64,000 bases of DNA. Source: Cyanobacteriota bacterium. GTDB lineage: Bacteria > Cyanobacteriota > Cyanobacteriia > Cyanobacteriales > Nostocaceae. A program made the translations under genes and the position numbers. The first letter of the stretch is position 1. Every line of letters begins with the position of its first letter. Below are positions 18,546 through 27,593 of this stretch, piece by piece. The stretch lies in NCBI GenBank assembly GCA_046045965.1, contig JBJOKS010000006.1, positions 64,001 through 128,000 of the forward strand. Direction: 5' to 3'. Below the pieces are notes generated by a model. That model saw only the letters and a list, made by a program, of their open reading frames with translations, was not told the DNA's origin and did no database searches.

Positions 18546-19754
18546 ATGACTACCAACATCCTGGATAACATTGACCTGCGGACATTAGGTGAACTCCTGC
18601 AACAAGCCCGTAAAAAATGCGGCATGACTCAAGCGGATGCAGCCAAGATTATTGATGCTGCACGCACCACTATGATCGCTATTGAAAAAGGGGAACGTCG
18701 CCTCAAAGCCAATGAACTGATTAAACTTGCTCGTGCTTACGGACGTTCTGTAAGTGAATTTGTGCGATCGCGCCCTGTCGTACAACCTTTTGAAGTGCAG
18801 TTTCGTGCAGTTTATCAACGCAGTCAGGAACAACAAGCAGAAATTGAACCATTTATCTCCCAATTAGAGGAATTATGTCAGAATTACCTAGAACTTGAGA
18901 AAATCATGGATGCGCCAATAGCGCGAAACTATCCTCTTGAGTATCAAGTAACAGATATGCCCATTAAATCTGCTGCGGAAAGTATAGCAGTAGCAGAACG
19001 TCAACGCTTAGGTTTAGGTGATGCGCCTATTTCCCAACTGCGAGACATCCTAGAACAAGATGTGGGTTTACGGATCTTCTATTTGCAGATGCCGCAAAAA
19101 TACTCAGAAGTGTATAGCTATAACGAAGAAGTTGGTGGTTGTATGGCTATTAATGCCAATCATCCAGAAGAACGTCGGCGCTGGTCAATGGCGCATGGAT
19201 ATCTGCACTTTTTAGCGCATCGGCAAAAACCAGAGTTTCATTTTGAGGGACAATATCAACGATTTCCTGAAAGTGAACAACTAGCGGAAACTTTCCCCAA
19301 ATATTTCTTGATGCCTACCAGTGGATTGCTGAAGCGGTTTAATGATATGTACCGTACACACGGCAAATTCACACCGACTAATTTATTTACCCTAGCGCAT
19401 TACTATGGTGTGTCCGTAGAAGCCCTAGTTTATCGGTTAGAAGAAATGGAACTTCTACCTTCAGGAACTTGGGAGAAATTGCGAGATAGAGGTTTAAAAG
19501 TCAGAAAGGTACAGGAAGAACTAGGTTTAGAACAAATCCCGCAAAGGGTTGATATGATGCCACTGCACTATCAACACTTAGCAATTGAAGCTCTTGATCA
19601 AGGTTTAATTACAGAAGGGCGTTTTGCTGAATTTCTCCATGTTGACCGCTTAGAAGCCCGTCGCATAGCTGAAGCTTTACGGGAATATTCAAGCGGAATG
19701 ATGGAAAAAGATACGGATTTTGATTTGCGTCAAATCCAAACTGCTGGGAAGTGA
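18546..19754 (+). CDS. XRE HTH fused to ImmA/IrrE-like domain with a degenerate HExxH (HGYLH)
   Basis: LQQARKKCGMTQADAA..IEKGER HTH, RRRWSMAHGYLH, YFLMP and LAHYYGVS. Confidence 0.9.
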   Translation: MTTNILDNIDLRTLGELLQQARKKCGMTQADAAKIIDAARTTMIAIEKGERRLKANELIKLARAYGRSVSEFVRSRPVVQPFEVQFRAVYQRSQEQQAEIEPFISQLEELCQNYLELEKIMDAPIARNYPLEYQVTDMPIKSAAESIAVAERQRLGLGDAPISQLRDILEQDVGLRIFYLQMPQKYSEVYSYNEEVGGCMAINANHPEERRRWSMAHGYLHFLAHRQKPEFHFEGQYQRFPESEQLAETFPKYFLMPTSGLLKRFNDMYRTHGKFTPTNLFTLAHYYGVSVEALVYRLEEMELLPSGTWEKLRDRGLKVRKVQEELGLEQIPQRVDMMPLHYQHLAIEALDQGLITEGRFAEFLHVDRLEARRIAEALREYSSGMMEKDTDFDLRQIQTAGK

Positions 19755-19782
19755 GGAGTATATATAATATATCTAAATTATT

Positions 19783-20328
19783 ATGGAAATTACTCACTCC
19801 CATATTATTCTTGATGCTTGTTGTGTTCTCAATCTTTGTGCATCTGGTCAGTTTTTAGCAATTTTGAAATCTCTTCCTGCGGAAATTGTCGTGACTACAG
19901 TTGTCCAAGAACGGGAATTAAACACACTCCAAAAACTTCAAAAAGAAGAAAATGATGCCGTCTTAGAGTTTGAGGAAGCGATTCAAACAGGGTTATTAAA
20001 AGTTGTAGATTTTGAATCAGAAGAGGAGGAGGAATCTTTTGTTAACTATGCTGCTGTTCTTGATGATGGTGAGTCTGCAACTTTGGCAATAGCAGTTCAT
20101 AGAAAATGGGCGATCGCCACCGACGACAAAAAAGCAATCAAATTTATTCAACAAACTGCACCACACATTCAGGTTTTATCCACTCCAGAAATCATCAAAC
20201 ATTGGTCAGACGTAGAAAATATTAATTCCTCAACACTTCGTAATATACTTCAGGCAATTCAGTTAAAAGCAAAATATTCACCACCTAACAATCATCCTCT
20301 CAAAAATTGGTGGATAAATGCCTTTTAA
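19783..20328 (+). CDS. PIN-like domain protein
   Basis: IILDACCVLNL, LDDGESATLAIA and IATDDKKA acidic motifs. Confidence 0.82.
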   Translation: MEITHSHIILDACCVLNLCASGQFLAILKSLPAEIVVTTVVQERELNTLQKLQKEENDAVLEFEEAIQTGLLKVVDFESEEEEESFVNYAAVLDDGESATLAIAVHRKWAIATDDKKAIKFIQQTAPHIQVLSTPEIIKHWSDVENINSSTLRNILQAIQLKAKYSPPNNHPLKNWWINAF

Positions 20329-20384
20329 TTCGCATTTTTGCACCTTTACTTGAGAAAAAAAGGTGGGAAACACCCACCCAAAAC

Positions 20385-22454
20385 CTAAACCTCAACCCCC
20401 AAAACCCTCACCAAAAACCCCCACTTATCCGCCGCTTCTTCAATAATTTTCGTCGTCGGTTTACCCGCACCATGTCCCGCCTTCGTTTCAATTCTAATCA
20501 ACACTGGTGCATCCCCAACATGACATTCCTGCAAAGTTGCAGCAAACTTAAAACTATGGGCAGGAACTACCCTATCATCATGATCTGCGGTAGTAATTAA
20601 AGTAGCAGGATAAGCAGTACCCGGCTTTAAATTATGCAACGGAGAATAAGCATATAAAGTGTTAAACTCCTCCGCATTTTCCGAAGAACCATATTCAGCT
20701 ACCCAAGCCCAACCAATGGTAAATTGATGGAAACGCAACATATCCATCACACCCACTGCGGGTAAAGCTGCTGCAAATAATTCTGGCCGTTGTGTCATAC
20801 AAGCACCCACCAACAAACCGCCATTACTACCACCACCAATAGCTAATTTTTGCGGTTGGGTGTAATTATTAGCAATTAACCATTCCGCAGCAGCAATAAA
20901 ATCATCAAAAACATTCTGCTTTTTCTCTTTCATTCCGGCTTGATGCCATTCTTCACCATATTCACCACCACCGCGCAAATTAGGTACTGCATAAACTCCC
21001 CCCATTTCCATCCACACCAACAAACTAACAGAAAAATTGGGAGTTAATGAAGCATTAAAACCACCATATCCATAGAGATAAGTTGGGTTATTGCCATCTA
21101 ATTTAATACCTTTTTTATAGGTAATAAACATCGGTATTTGTGTACCGTCTTTACTTTGATAGAAGACTTGTTTTGTCTCATATTCATCAGCATTAAAATC
21201 TACCTTTGGCTGCCGGAAAATTTCACTTTTACCCGTTTTCATGTCGTAGCGGTAGATAGTTCCTGGTGTTGTAAAGCTGGTAAAACTATAAAATGTTTCT
21301 GTCTCATCTCGCTTTCCACCAAAACCACCTGCTGAACCAATTCCCGGTAATTCTACTTCTCTGATAAAATTACCTTGTAAGTCAAAGATTTTAATTTTGC
21401 TATAGGCATCTTGCAGATAATCAGCTATAAATTGATTATTTAAAATGCCCACATCATCTAATTTTTCATCTGCTTGAGAAATAATTTCTACCCAATTTTC
21501 TGAAGTCGGATGTTTCGTATCAATGGCAATAACTCTGCCCCGTGGAGCATTTAAATCTGTGCGAAAATAAAAAACATCATCATCATGATCAATAAAGCTG
21601 TAATTTGCCTCAAATTGGTTAATTAATTCAACAACTTCAGAATTTGGGTTAGTTAAATCTTTGTAAAAAACCAAGTTTCTGGAATCAGTTCCTAACCAAA
21701 CAGAAATTATCAAATATTTGCCATCTTCTGTTACATCACCACTAAAACCCCATTCTTTTTGATCAAGACGATGATAAATTAAGATGTCTTCTGATTGAGA
21801 TGTACCCAGTTTATGGTAATAAAGTTTTTGATAGTAATTAACATCCTCTAATTTAGTTTTTTCATTTGGTTGATCATAACGACTGTAGAAAAAACCTTGA
21901 TGATCATGAGTCCAAGAAGCACCAGAAAATTTAATCCATTGTAGATGATCTGATAAATCTGTACCTGTTTGAATATCTTTAACTTTCCATTCTTGCCAAT
22001 CTGAACCAGAGGTGGATAAACCATAAGCTAGAAGCTTACCACTTTCACTAATTTCTATTCCTGAAAGAGCAACAGTACCATCTTCCGAAAGTTGATTAGG
22101 GTCTAATAAAACTCTAGGTTCAGCATCTAAACTGGGAAGCGTATAAAGCACACTTTGGTTTTGTAGTCCATCATTTTTGAAATAAAAGTAGTTTTCACCT
22201 TCTTTAAAGGGAATGCCATATTTTTCATAATCCCACAGTTTAGTCAAACGTTGTTTAATTTTTTCTCTAGCAGGAATTTCGCTGAGGTACTTAAAAGTAA
22301 CTTGATTTTGTGCCTCAACCCAAACTTTTGTTTCTTCTGTATCAGGGTCTTCTAATGCACGGTAAGGGTCGGCAACCATAGTACCATGATAATTATCAAC
22401 TCGATTGCTTTTGCTAGTGGTAGGATAGTTGAAGGATTTTTTAGAGTTGGACAT
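20385..22454 (-). CDS. Prolyl oligopeptidase (S9A)
   Basis: ADPYRALED, GGSNGG nucleophile, DHDDRV and KAGHGAG. Confidence 0.96.
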   Translation of the reverse strand: MSNSKKSFNYPTTSKSNRVDNYHGTMVADPYRALEDPDTEETKVWVEAQNQVTFKYLSEIPAREKIKQRLTKLWDYEKYGIPFKEGENYFYFKNDGLQNQSVLYTLPSLDAEPRVLLDPNQLSEDGTVALSGIEISESGKLLAYGLSTSGSDWQEWKVKDIQTGTDLSDHLQWIKFSGASWTHDHQGFFYSRYDQPNEKTKLEDVNYYQKLYYHKLGTSQSEDILIYHRLDQKEWGFSGDVTEDGKYLIISVWLGTDSRNLVFYKDLTNPNSEVVELINQFEANYSFIDHDDDVFYFRTDLNAPRGRVIAIDTKHPTSENWVEIISQADEKLDDVGILNNQFIADYLQDAYSKIKIFDLQGNFIREVELPGIGSAGGFGGKRDETETFYSFTSFTTPGTIYRYDMKTGKSEIFRQPKVDFNADEYETKQVFYQSKDGTQIPMFITYKKGIKLDGNNPTYLYGYGGFNASLTPNFSVSLLVWMEMGGVYAVPNLRGGGEYGEEWHQAGMKEKKQNVFDDFIAAAEWLIANNYTQPQKLAIGGGSNGGLLVGACMTQRPELFAAALPAVGVMDMLRFHQFTIGWAWVAEYGSSENAEEFNTLYAYSPLHNLKPGTAYPATLITTADHDDRVVPAHSFKFAATLQECHVGDAPVLIRIETKAGHGAGKPTTKIIEEAADKWGFLVRVLGVEV

Positions 22455-22457
22455 AAT

Positions 22458-22605
22458 TAAACAGTTAACAGTTATCAGTTAACAGTTAACAGTTGTCAGC
22501 GGGAAAAGGCAATAGGCAATAGGGAATGAATAATTGGTAATTGGTAATTGGTAATTGGTAATTGAGTTATTTACCTCCCCATCTCCCCATCTCCCCATCT
22601 CCCCT
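22458..22605. repeat. Cluster of STRR-type repeats (ACAGTTA, GGCAATA, TAATTGG, CCCCATCT)
   Basis: Visible tandem 7- and 8-mers between the POP gene and hmpE. Confidence 0.85.
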
Positions 22606-22616
22606 GCTCTCTACCC

Positions 22617-25600
22617 CTAAGCAGTCACAAGTTTTTCTCCTCTCAGCATCCGGGTAGCTGCTTCTAGTAGTGCTTCTTCTAGATAGGGTTTAGTGAAGTA
22701 ACCACTAGCACCTAGTTGAACCGCCATTTGTCTATGTTTGTCTGCACCTCGTGAGGTGAGCATGGCAATAGGTAAGTGATTTAAGCTACTATCTGTTTGG
22801 ATGAGTGAGAGAAATTTTAGTCCATCACACTCAGGCATTTCGATGTCACAGAAGACGATATCACAAGGTAGACCAGAACGGAGTTTATTTAAAGCTTCCT
22901 TGCCATGACGGGCTTGTTCAACGCGATAACCCGCTTTGGTAAAGGTGAGAGAAAGCAATTCCCGTACAGTAATGGAGTCATCGACAATTAGCACTGTCGG
23001 ATCAATCTTCTCCTCTGGAATTTCATGTACAGGAGGAAGGGTTCTTCTTTGCCAAGAACTACCACCAATTTGTTTAGACATCTTGCCTTGGAAGATGTCA
23101 ATAATTTCTAAAACGTCGGCAATAGGCATAATGCGACCATCACCAAGCACTGTAGCACCAGCAACACCACTGGGTTTGGGTGCTGGGCCTTCAAATTGCT
23201 TAATGACTATTTCCTGTTCGCTTAATACTTGGTCAATTTGGAGAGCGACCATTGTATTGCCTGAGCGCACGACGACGACAGAAATCATGTTATCATCTCG
23301 CGTGCTGCTATAGATGTTACCGCGACTAATCTGGCGATTGAAGGCCAAAATTTCCTGTAAAGGTCGGAATGCTAGGACTGTATCCCGCCACCAAATAAAT
23401 GATTGCCCATCAGCATCTTTCTGGATATCCGTGACCGCTATATCTAGTGTGTCTTCCACACCGTCCATTGGGAAGGCAATTCTCGACCTATTAGAGATAC
23501 AGCAGAGAGCTTTACAAATACTCAGGGTCAGTGGTAAGCGAATGGTGAAGGTGGTTCCTTTGCCTAGTACCGAATCTGTGCTAACTGTGCCACGAATTTC
23601 GTTAATATTGTTTTCAACCACGTTCATGCCCACGCCCCGGCCTTTGATATCATCAACTTCATCGGCTGTGCTGAAATTGGGCAGAAACAAAAGTTCATAA
23701 GCATCTTGGCGAGACATATTTTTTGCTTCTTCTGGTGTAATCACACCTTTTTGTATCGCCTTCTGTTTAACTCTATCGTGATCAATCCCAGCACCGTCAT
23801 CAGTGACAGCAATTACGGTTTGGTTGCCTTGGTGGAAAGCGCGGATAGAGATAGTCCCCACCGGTGATTTACCTGCTGCTGTGCGGACTTCTGGAGTTTC
23901 AATACCGTGAGCGATCGCATTATTGAGCATATGGGTAAGCGGGTCAGTCAGATGATCCAAAATCATCTTGTCAACTAATGTATCTGCTCCTTCCGCCACC
24001 AATTCTACTTGTTTTCCATACTTGATGCCGTTATCCCGCACACCTCGGCGTAAGCGGTCAATAGCTTGAGCAAAAGGCACCATTCGCGTTCTTGTCAGAC
24101 CCTCTTGTAGCTGGGTGGTGACTTGGCGAAACTGCCGCGCTACTCGCTCGGTTTCTTCGGTAACAAAATCAATGTCGCTGGCTGACTCCCGCACTCGCAC
24201 AATGTATTCTATTGTCTCTTGAGAGAGGGTATGAAAGAGGGTAAACTGATCCATCTCCAGTTCACTAAAACCTCTATCATGGGCGTGACCAGAACGACCT
24301 TGTTCTCTGGATCTACGGCTACTCAACAACGAAGCCTCTAGGAGCGATCGCTCATATAACTCCTGCATCCTCGCACCCACATCGGAAAGATGTTGAATTT
24401 GAATTAGCAAGTTATCTAGGGACTGTCGTAGACGCTCTTGATCCTGCTCTAAGGTATTGCGATTGACCACCAACTCCCCAACTAAGTTGCTCATCTCATC
24501 CAGTTGCTTAACTGGAATCTTCATGCTTTCTTCTCTAACACGACGAATAGCCGGACGTGGTGTTTTGCTGGTGTTAGATTTTATCCCTCTTGCTGGTGCG
24601 TTCATTGTTTGATCCGCTTCGGCCAGCAACTTCTCCAAGTCTCCAAATTCATCAGGTATTTTTGAGGACTCAGTAGAATTTTGAGCTTTTGCCACCACAG
24701 GTTGGCTCAGTTTTGGTGGCGCTTTCGGCATCTGTGCGGCCTCAGCATTATCTGTACTCAATAATGCTTCTAAAGCTGCAAAATCTGCTTCTGGTATGGA
24801 TACTGGATTGGTAATGGTTTCTAATTGTTCATTTAGTAATGTGTCTAAGATAGCAAATTCATCTAGCACAGAAGTTGGATTTTCTGAGGTCTCCGCTTCT
24901 GGTTGCTGAGAATTTGCCTCTATCAGCGTTAGTTCCAGTTGAGCAAATACATCTGCTGTAACTTCCCCTGCTTCTAGACCCAATTTCAGTAAATTAGCAT
25001 CTAAAGGCTGATCAATCTCTTCTACCAAGCTTTCGCTCACATCCTGGTTCAATAGCTCTGGTTGTGTTTGCTCGCTGAAACTCAGGTTTCCAGACTGCTC
25101 TGCAGCAATTTCTGTGGTTTCCTGAAGATCAATTGACTCTATTGCTGTTGTATTCTCCAAGGAGACTGATAAATGCTCATTGCTGTTGTCAGCAAAACTC
25201 GTAAACAGATCTACTGCTTGTGGTTCCTGGGAGAAGTTATCAATTCTCGGCAAAGACAACTCATCATTATGATCTACTGTTGGGGAAGTAGATTGAGAAT
25301 CTGTTAAATAAGCAAATAAGTCATCTCCACCATCTGGTGTCAACCAATGATCTTCTGTTTCTTGTTGCTGGTGTTCAGTAAAATCAAAGTCTCCCAAGTA
25401 CAAGTTTTGGTTAGAACCTAACTGCTGACTATCAGCTACAGTTTCCCCAGAGGCTGCAAATAAACTTTCTTCTAATTCTTTCGCCACATCTTGTCCCAAT
25501 TGAGTAGTAGGTGGCTGTGCTGATGCTGTTCCTATCTGATCCCAGAAGCTGTTGAAGTCGTATTCAGCGGCAGAAACTTCTGCTTCTGAGTTGAGAGGTA

Positions 25601-27506
25601 AAGCAAATAAATCACCAATTTCTGAATCGTCTGTTGCTGCTGTTGTATCCTCTTCGAGTTCGTCAAAAATATTATCTAAAGACAAGCTTTCTGTTTGAGG
25701 TTGGATCAGTTCTGATGTCGGTTCCTCAAAAGTCAGTTCTTCAAAAGTTAGTTCCTCTGAAGAATCAATATTTGTATCCGTTAATAAATCATCAGAACTG
25801 GTTACTGCTACAGTTGATTCTGGTTGAGTAACTTCCTCTTGAGACAATGGTAATGATTCATTATCTTCTATTGTAAATTCCAAAAGACTTTCTACTGCTT
25901 CAACAGTATTGATACTGCTTGGTGCAGTTTCTGGAAGAGATGGGAGTGCGTCTGTAGAAATTGCCGTCAATTCTTCGTTAAGATCAGATAGGAAGAATTC
26001 TGAATTGGGATTAGTCAGGGAAAGATCGCCATTTGCTGGAGTCTCAGGAATTGTTGTTTGATGTTGCGGTGCTAAATTCTCTGATTCTAAAAATATTTCG
26101 CCGAATAATAGGGTTAGGTCTTCCGTAGTATTATTGGCAGGGCTTTGTAGTTCCTCACTGCTGATCTCATGATCCAAGGAGAGTAAATCAGCTAAATCCT
26201 GATCAATATCCTCTACTTGACCATTACTAATTCCTAATTGATGGATACTAGTTTCTAGTATTTCTTCTTGGTGCCAGGTTTGATCTAGTTCCTCAGTCTC
26301 CCCTTTAAACAAATCCTCTAGGGTATTTAACTCAGCAATGCCTACTTCAGGACCATTTAGGTCAATAAAATCGGTACTGAGGTTGGGTATTTCATCTTGA
26401 TCAGTGAATAATGAATTGATACTAGCCGCAGTTGTATCTGTTTCAGTTAGTGATATTTCTGACGAGTTATTAAATTCATGATCGCTGGTATCTGTTGAAG
26501 ATAGGTTAAGTTCTTCTATTGGTTCAAATGTAAGTGTGTTGTTGTCTGGTGACAGCAAATTATCTGGATGTATCTCTAGTGTATCTGTAACTTCTGTGTT
26601 GGTTTGTGGTTGGTCATCACCCCAATCTAATTGTAGTTCTGGGAACTCAAGTTCTGGAATTAACTCAAGTGCTTCTAGTTCCTGACTAATAGTTATTTCT
26701 GCTTCTCTACCTTGAATAACTAATTCTTGACCTTGTTTAATTTCGGTAATAATAATTTTGGCTAAAGTCAGATAACTATTGTCGGGATTAGCGATCGCAT
26801 TTCTTGCTGATTCAGACAATTTACTCCAACTGGGCAAATTAAATTGCTCACCAAGTTTAACTAATTGCTGACAGCATGACTGTAAATTTTCCCTGGATGC
26901 AGGTGTGCTACTTTGTTTAAACAGTTGCAGCATTTCCCGCAAGCATTGCAGGACTTGACTTTGAAACTCTGACCAGTTGTTTTGGTTGGTTACTAGCGGT
27001 TTTTGTGGCTGTTCTTGAGGTATAACATCTTGTTTTGGCAGTTGTGAGGGTGCAGATGCAGTGATAGGGGTGTAACCGTCTGTTGATTGTAAAAGCAGTT
27101 CTAGATGCTGATTGAGTCCTGCAAAAATCGGTTCAGTTTCTGACATCAAAGTTTTTGCAGTTTCCTCTGACAGTCCAAATGGACTACTCAAATGGTCCAA
27201 CAAAGCTTTTAGGGTATCCGAGACACTAAGAAACAAAGACTCCAATTTTTGATCTACTTGAACGGGATGCTCCCTCAGCACTTTAAAACAATCTTCCAGC
27301 CTGTGAGACGTTTCCTGGATACTACTCAAGCTCAACATAGCCGCCCCTCCTTTAATGGAGTGAGCAGCCCGGAAGACTTCGTTGATCATTTCCGAGTCAT
27401 TGAGAGTATCTTGCAGGTTCAGTAACCCCTGTTCAATGGTATTCAGGTGGTCTCTGGCTTCTTCGATAAAGTAACCTAAAATCCGTTGTTGTTGTTCAGG
27501 CTGCAT
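22617..27506 (-). CDS. hmpE: CheA-like hybrid histidine kinase (Hpt, acidic linker, HATPase, CheW, REC), HmpE/PilL
   Basis: FRAAHSIKGGAAML Hpt, NNAIAHGIE, DDGAGID, GRGVGM and a C-terminal REC domain. Last gene of the hmpA-E order. Confidence 0.9.
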   Translation of the reverse strand: MQPEQQQRILGYFIEEARDHLNTIEQGLLNLQDTLNDSEMINEVFRAAHSIKGGAAMLSLSSIQETSHRLEDCFKVLREHPVQVDQKLESLFLSVSDTLKALLDHLSSPFGLSEETAKTLMSETEPIFAGLNQHLELLLQSTDGYTPITASAPSQLPKQDVIPQEQPQKPLVTNQNNWSEFQSQVLQCLREMLQLFKQSSTPASRENLQSCCQQLVKLGEQFNLPSWSKLSESARNAIANPDNSYLTLAKIIITEIKQGQELVIQGREAEITISQELEALELIPELEFPELQLDWGDDQPQTNTEVTDTLEIHPDNLLSPDNNTLTFEPIEELNLSSTDTSDHEFNNSSEISLTETDTTAASINSLFTDQDEIPNLSTDFIDLNGPEVGIAELNTLEDLFKGETEELDQTWHQEEILETSIHQLGISNGQVEDIDQDLADLLSLDHEISSEELQSPANNTTEDLTLLFGEIFLESENLAPQHQTTIPETPANGDLSLTNPNSEFFLSDLNEELTAISTDALPSLPETAPSSINTVEAVESLLEFTIEDNESLPLSQEEVTQPESTVAVTSSDDLLTDTNIDSSEELTFEELTFEEPTSELIQPQTESLSLDNIFDELEEDTTAATDDSEIGDLFALPLNSEAEVSAAEYDFNSFWDQIGTASAQPPTTQLGQDVAKELEESLFAASGETVADSQQLGSNQNLYLGDFDFTEHQQQETEDHWLTPDGGDDLFAYLTDSQSTSPTVDHNDELSLPRIDNFSQEPQAVDLFTSFADNSNEHLSVSLENTTAIESIDLQETTEIAAEQSGNLSFSEQTQPELLNQDVSESLVEEIDQPLDANLLKLGLEAGEVTADVFAQLELTLIEANSQQPEAETSENPTSVLDEFAILDTLLNEQLETITNPVSIPEADFAALEALLSTDNAEAAQMPKAPPKLSQPVVAKAQNSTESSKIPDEFGDLEKLLAEADQTMNAPARGIKSNTSKTPRPAIRRVREESMKIPVKQLDEMSNLVGELVVNRNTLEQDQERLRQSLDNLLIQIQHLSDVGARMQELYERSLLEASLLSSRRSREQGRSGHAHDRGFSELEMDQFTLFHTLSQETIEYIVRVRESASDIDFVTEETERVARQFRQVTTQLQEGLTRTRMVPFAQAIDRLRRGVRDNGIKYGKQVELVAEGADTLVDKMILDHLTDPLTHMLNNAIAHGIETPEVRTAAGKSPVGTISIRAFHQGNQTVIAVTDDGAGIDHDRVKQKAIQKGVITPEEAKNMSRQDAYELLFLPNFSTADEVDDIKGRGVGMNVVENNINEIRGTVSTDSVLGKGTTFTIRLPLTLSICKALCCISNRSRIAFPMDGVEDTLDIAVTDIQKDADGQSFIWWRDTVLAFRPLQEILAFNRQISRGNIYSSTRDDNMISVVVVRSGNTMVALQIDQVLSEQEIVIKQFEGPAPKPSGVAGATVLGDGRIMPIADVLEIIDIFQGKMSKQIGGSSWQRRTLPPVHEIPEEKIDPTVLIVDDSITVRELLSLTFTKAGYRVEQARHGKEALNKLRSGLPCDIVFCDIEMPECDGLKFLSLIQTDSSLNHLPIAMLTSRGADKHRQMAVQLGASGYFTKPYLEEALLEAATRMLRGEKLVTA

Positions 27507-27593
27507 AAACAAGGATGAAGAATAAAGGATGAATGATTAATGCAGGATTAAGGCTGAAGCATGAATGATAGTTCATACTTCAAACTTCGTCCT

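Noticed and set aside
20385..22454. Prolyl oligopeptidase as a RiPP maturation enzyme
   Set aside because: No adjacent precursor or modification genes; it looks like the ordinary housekeeping S9A enzyme.
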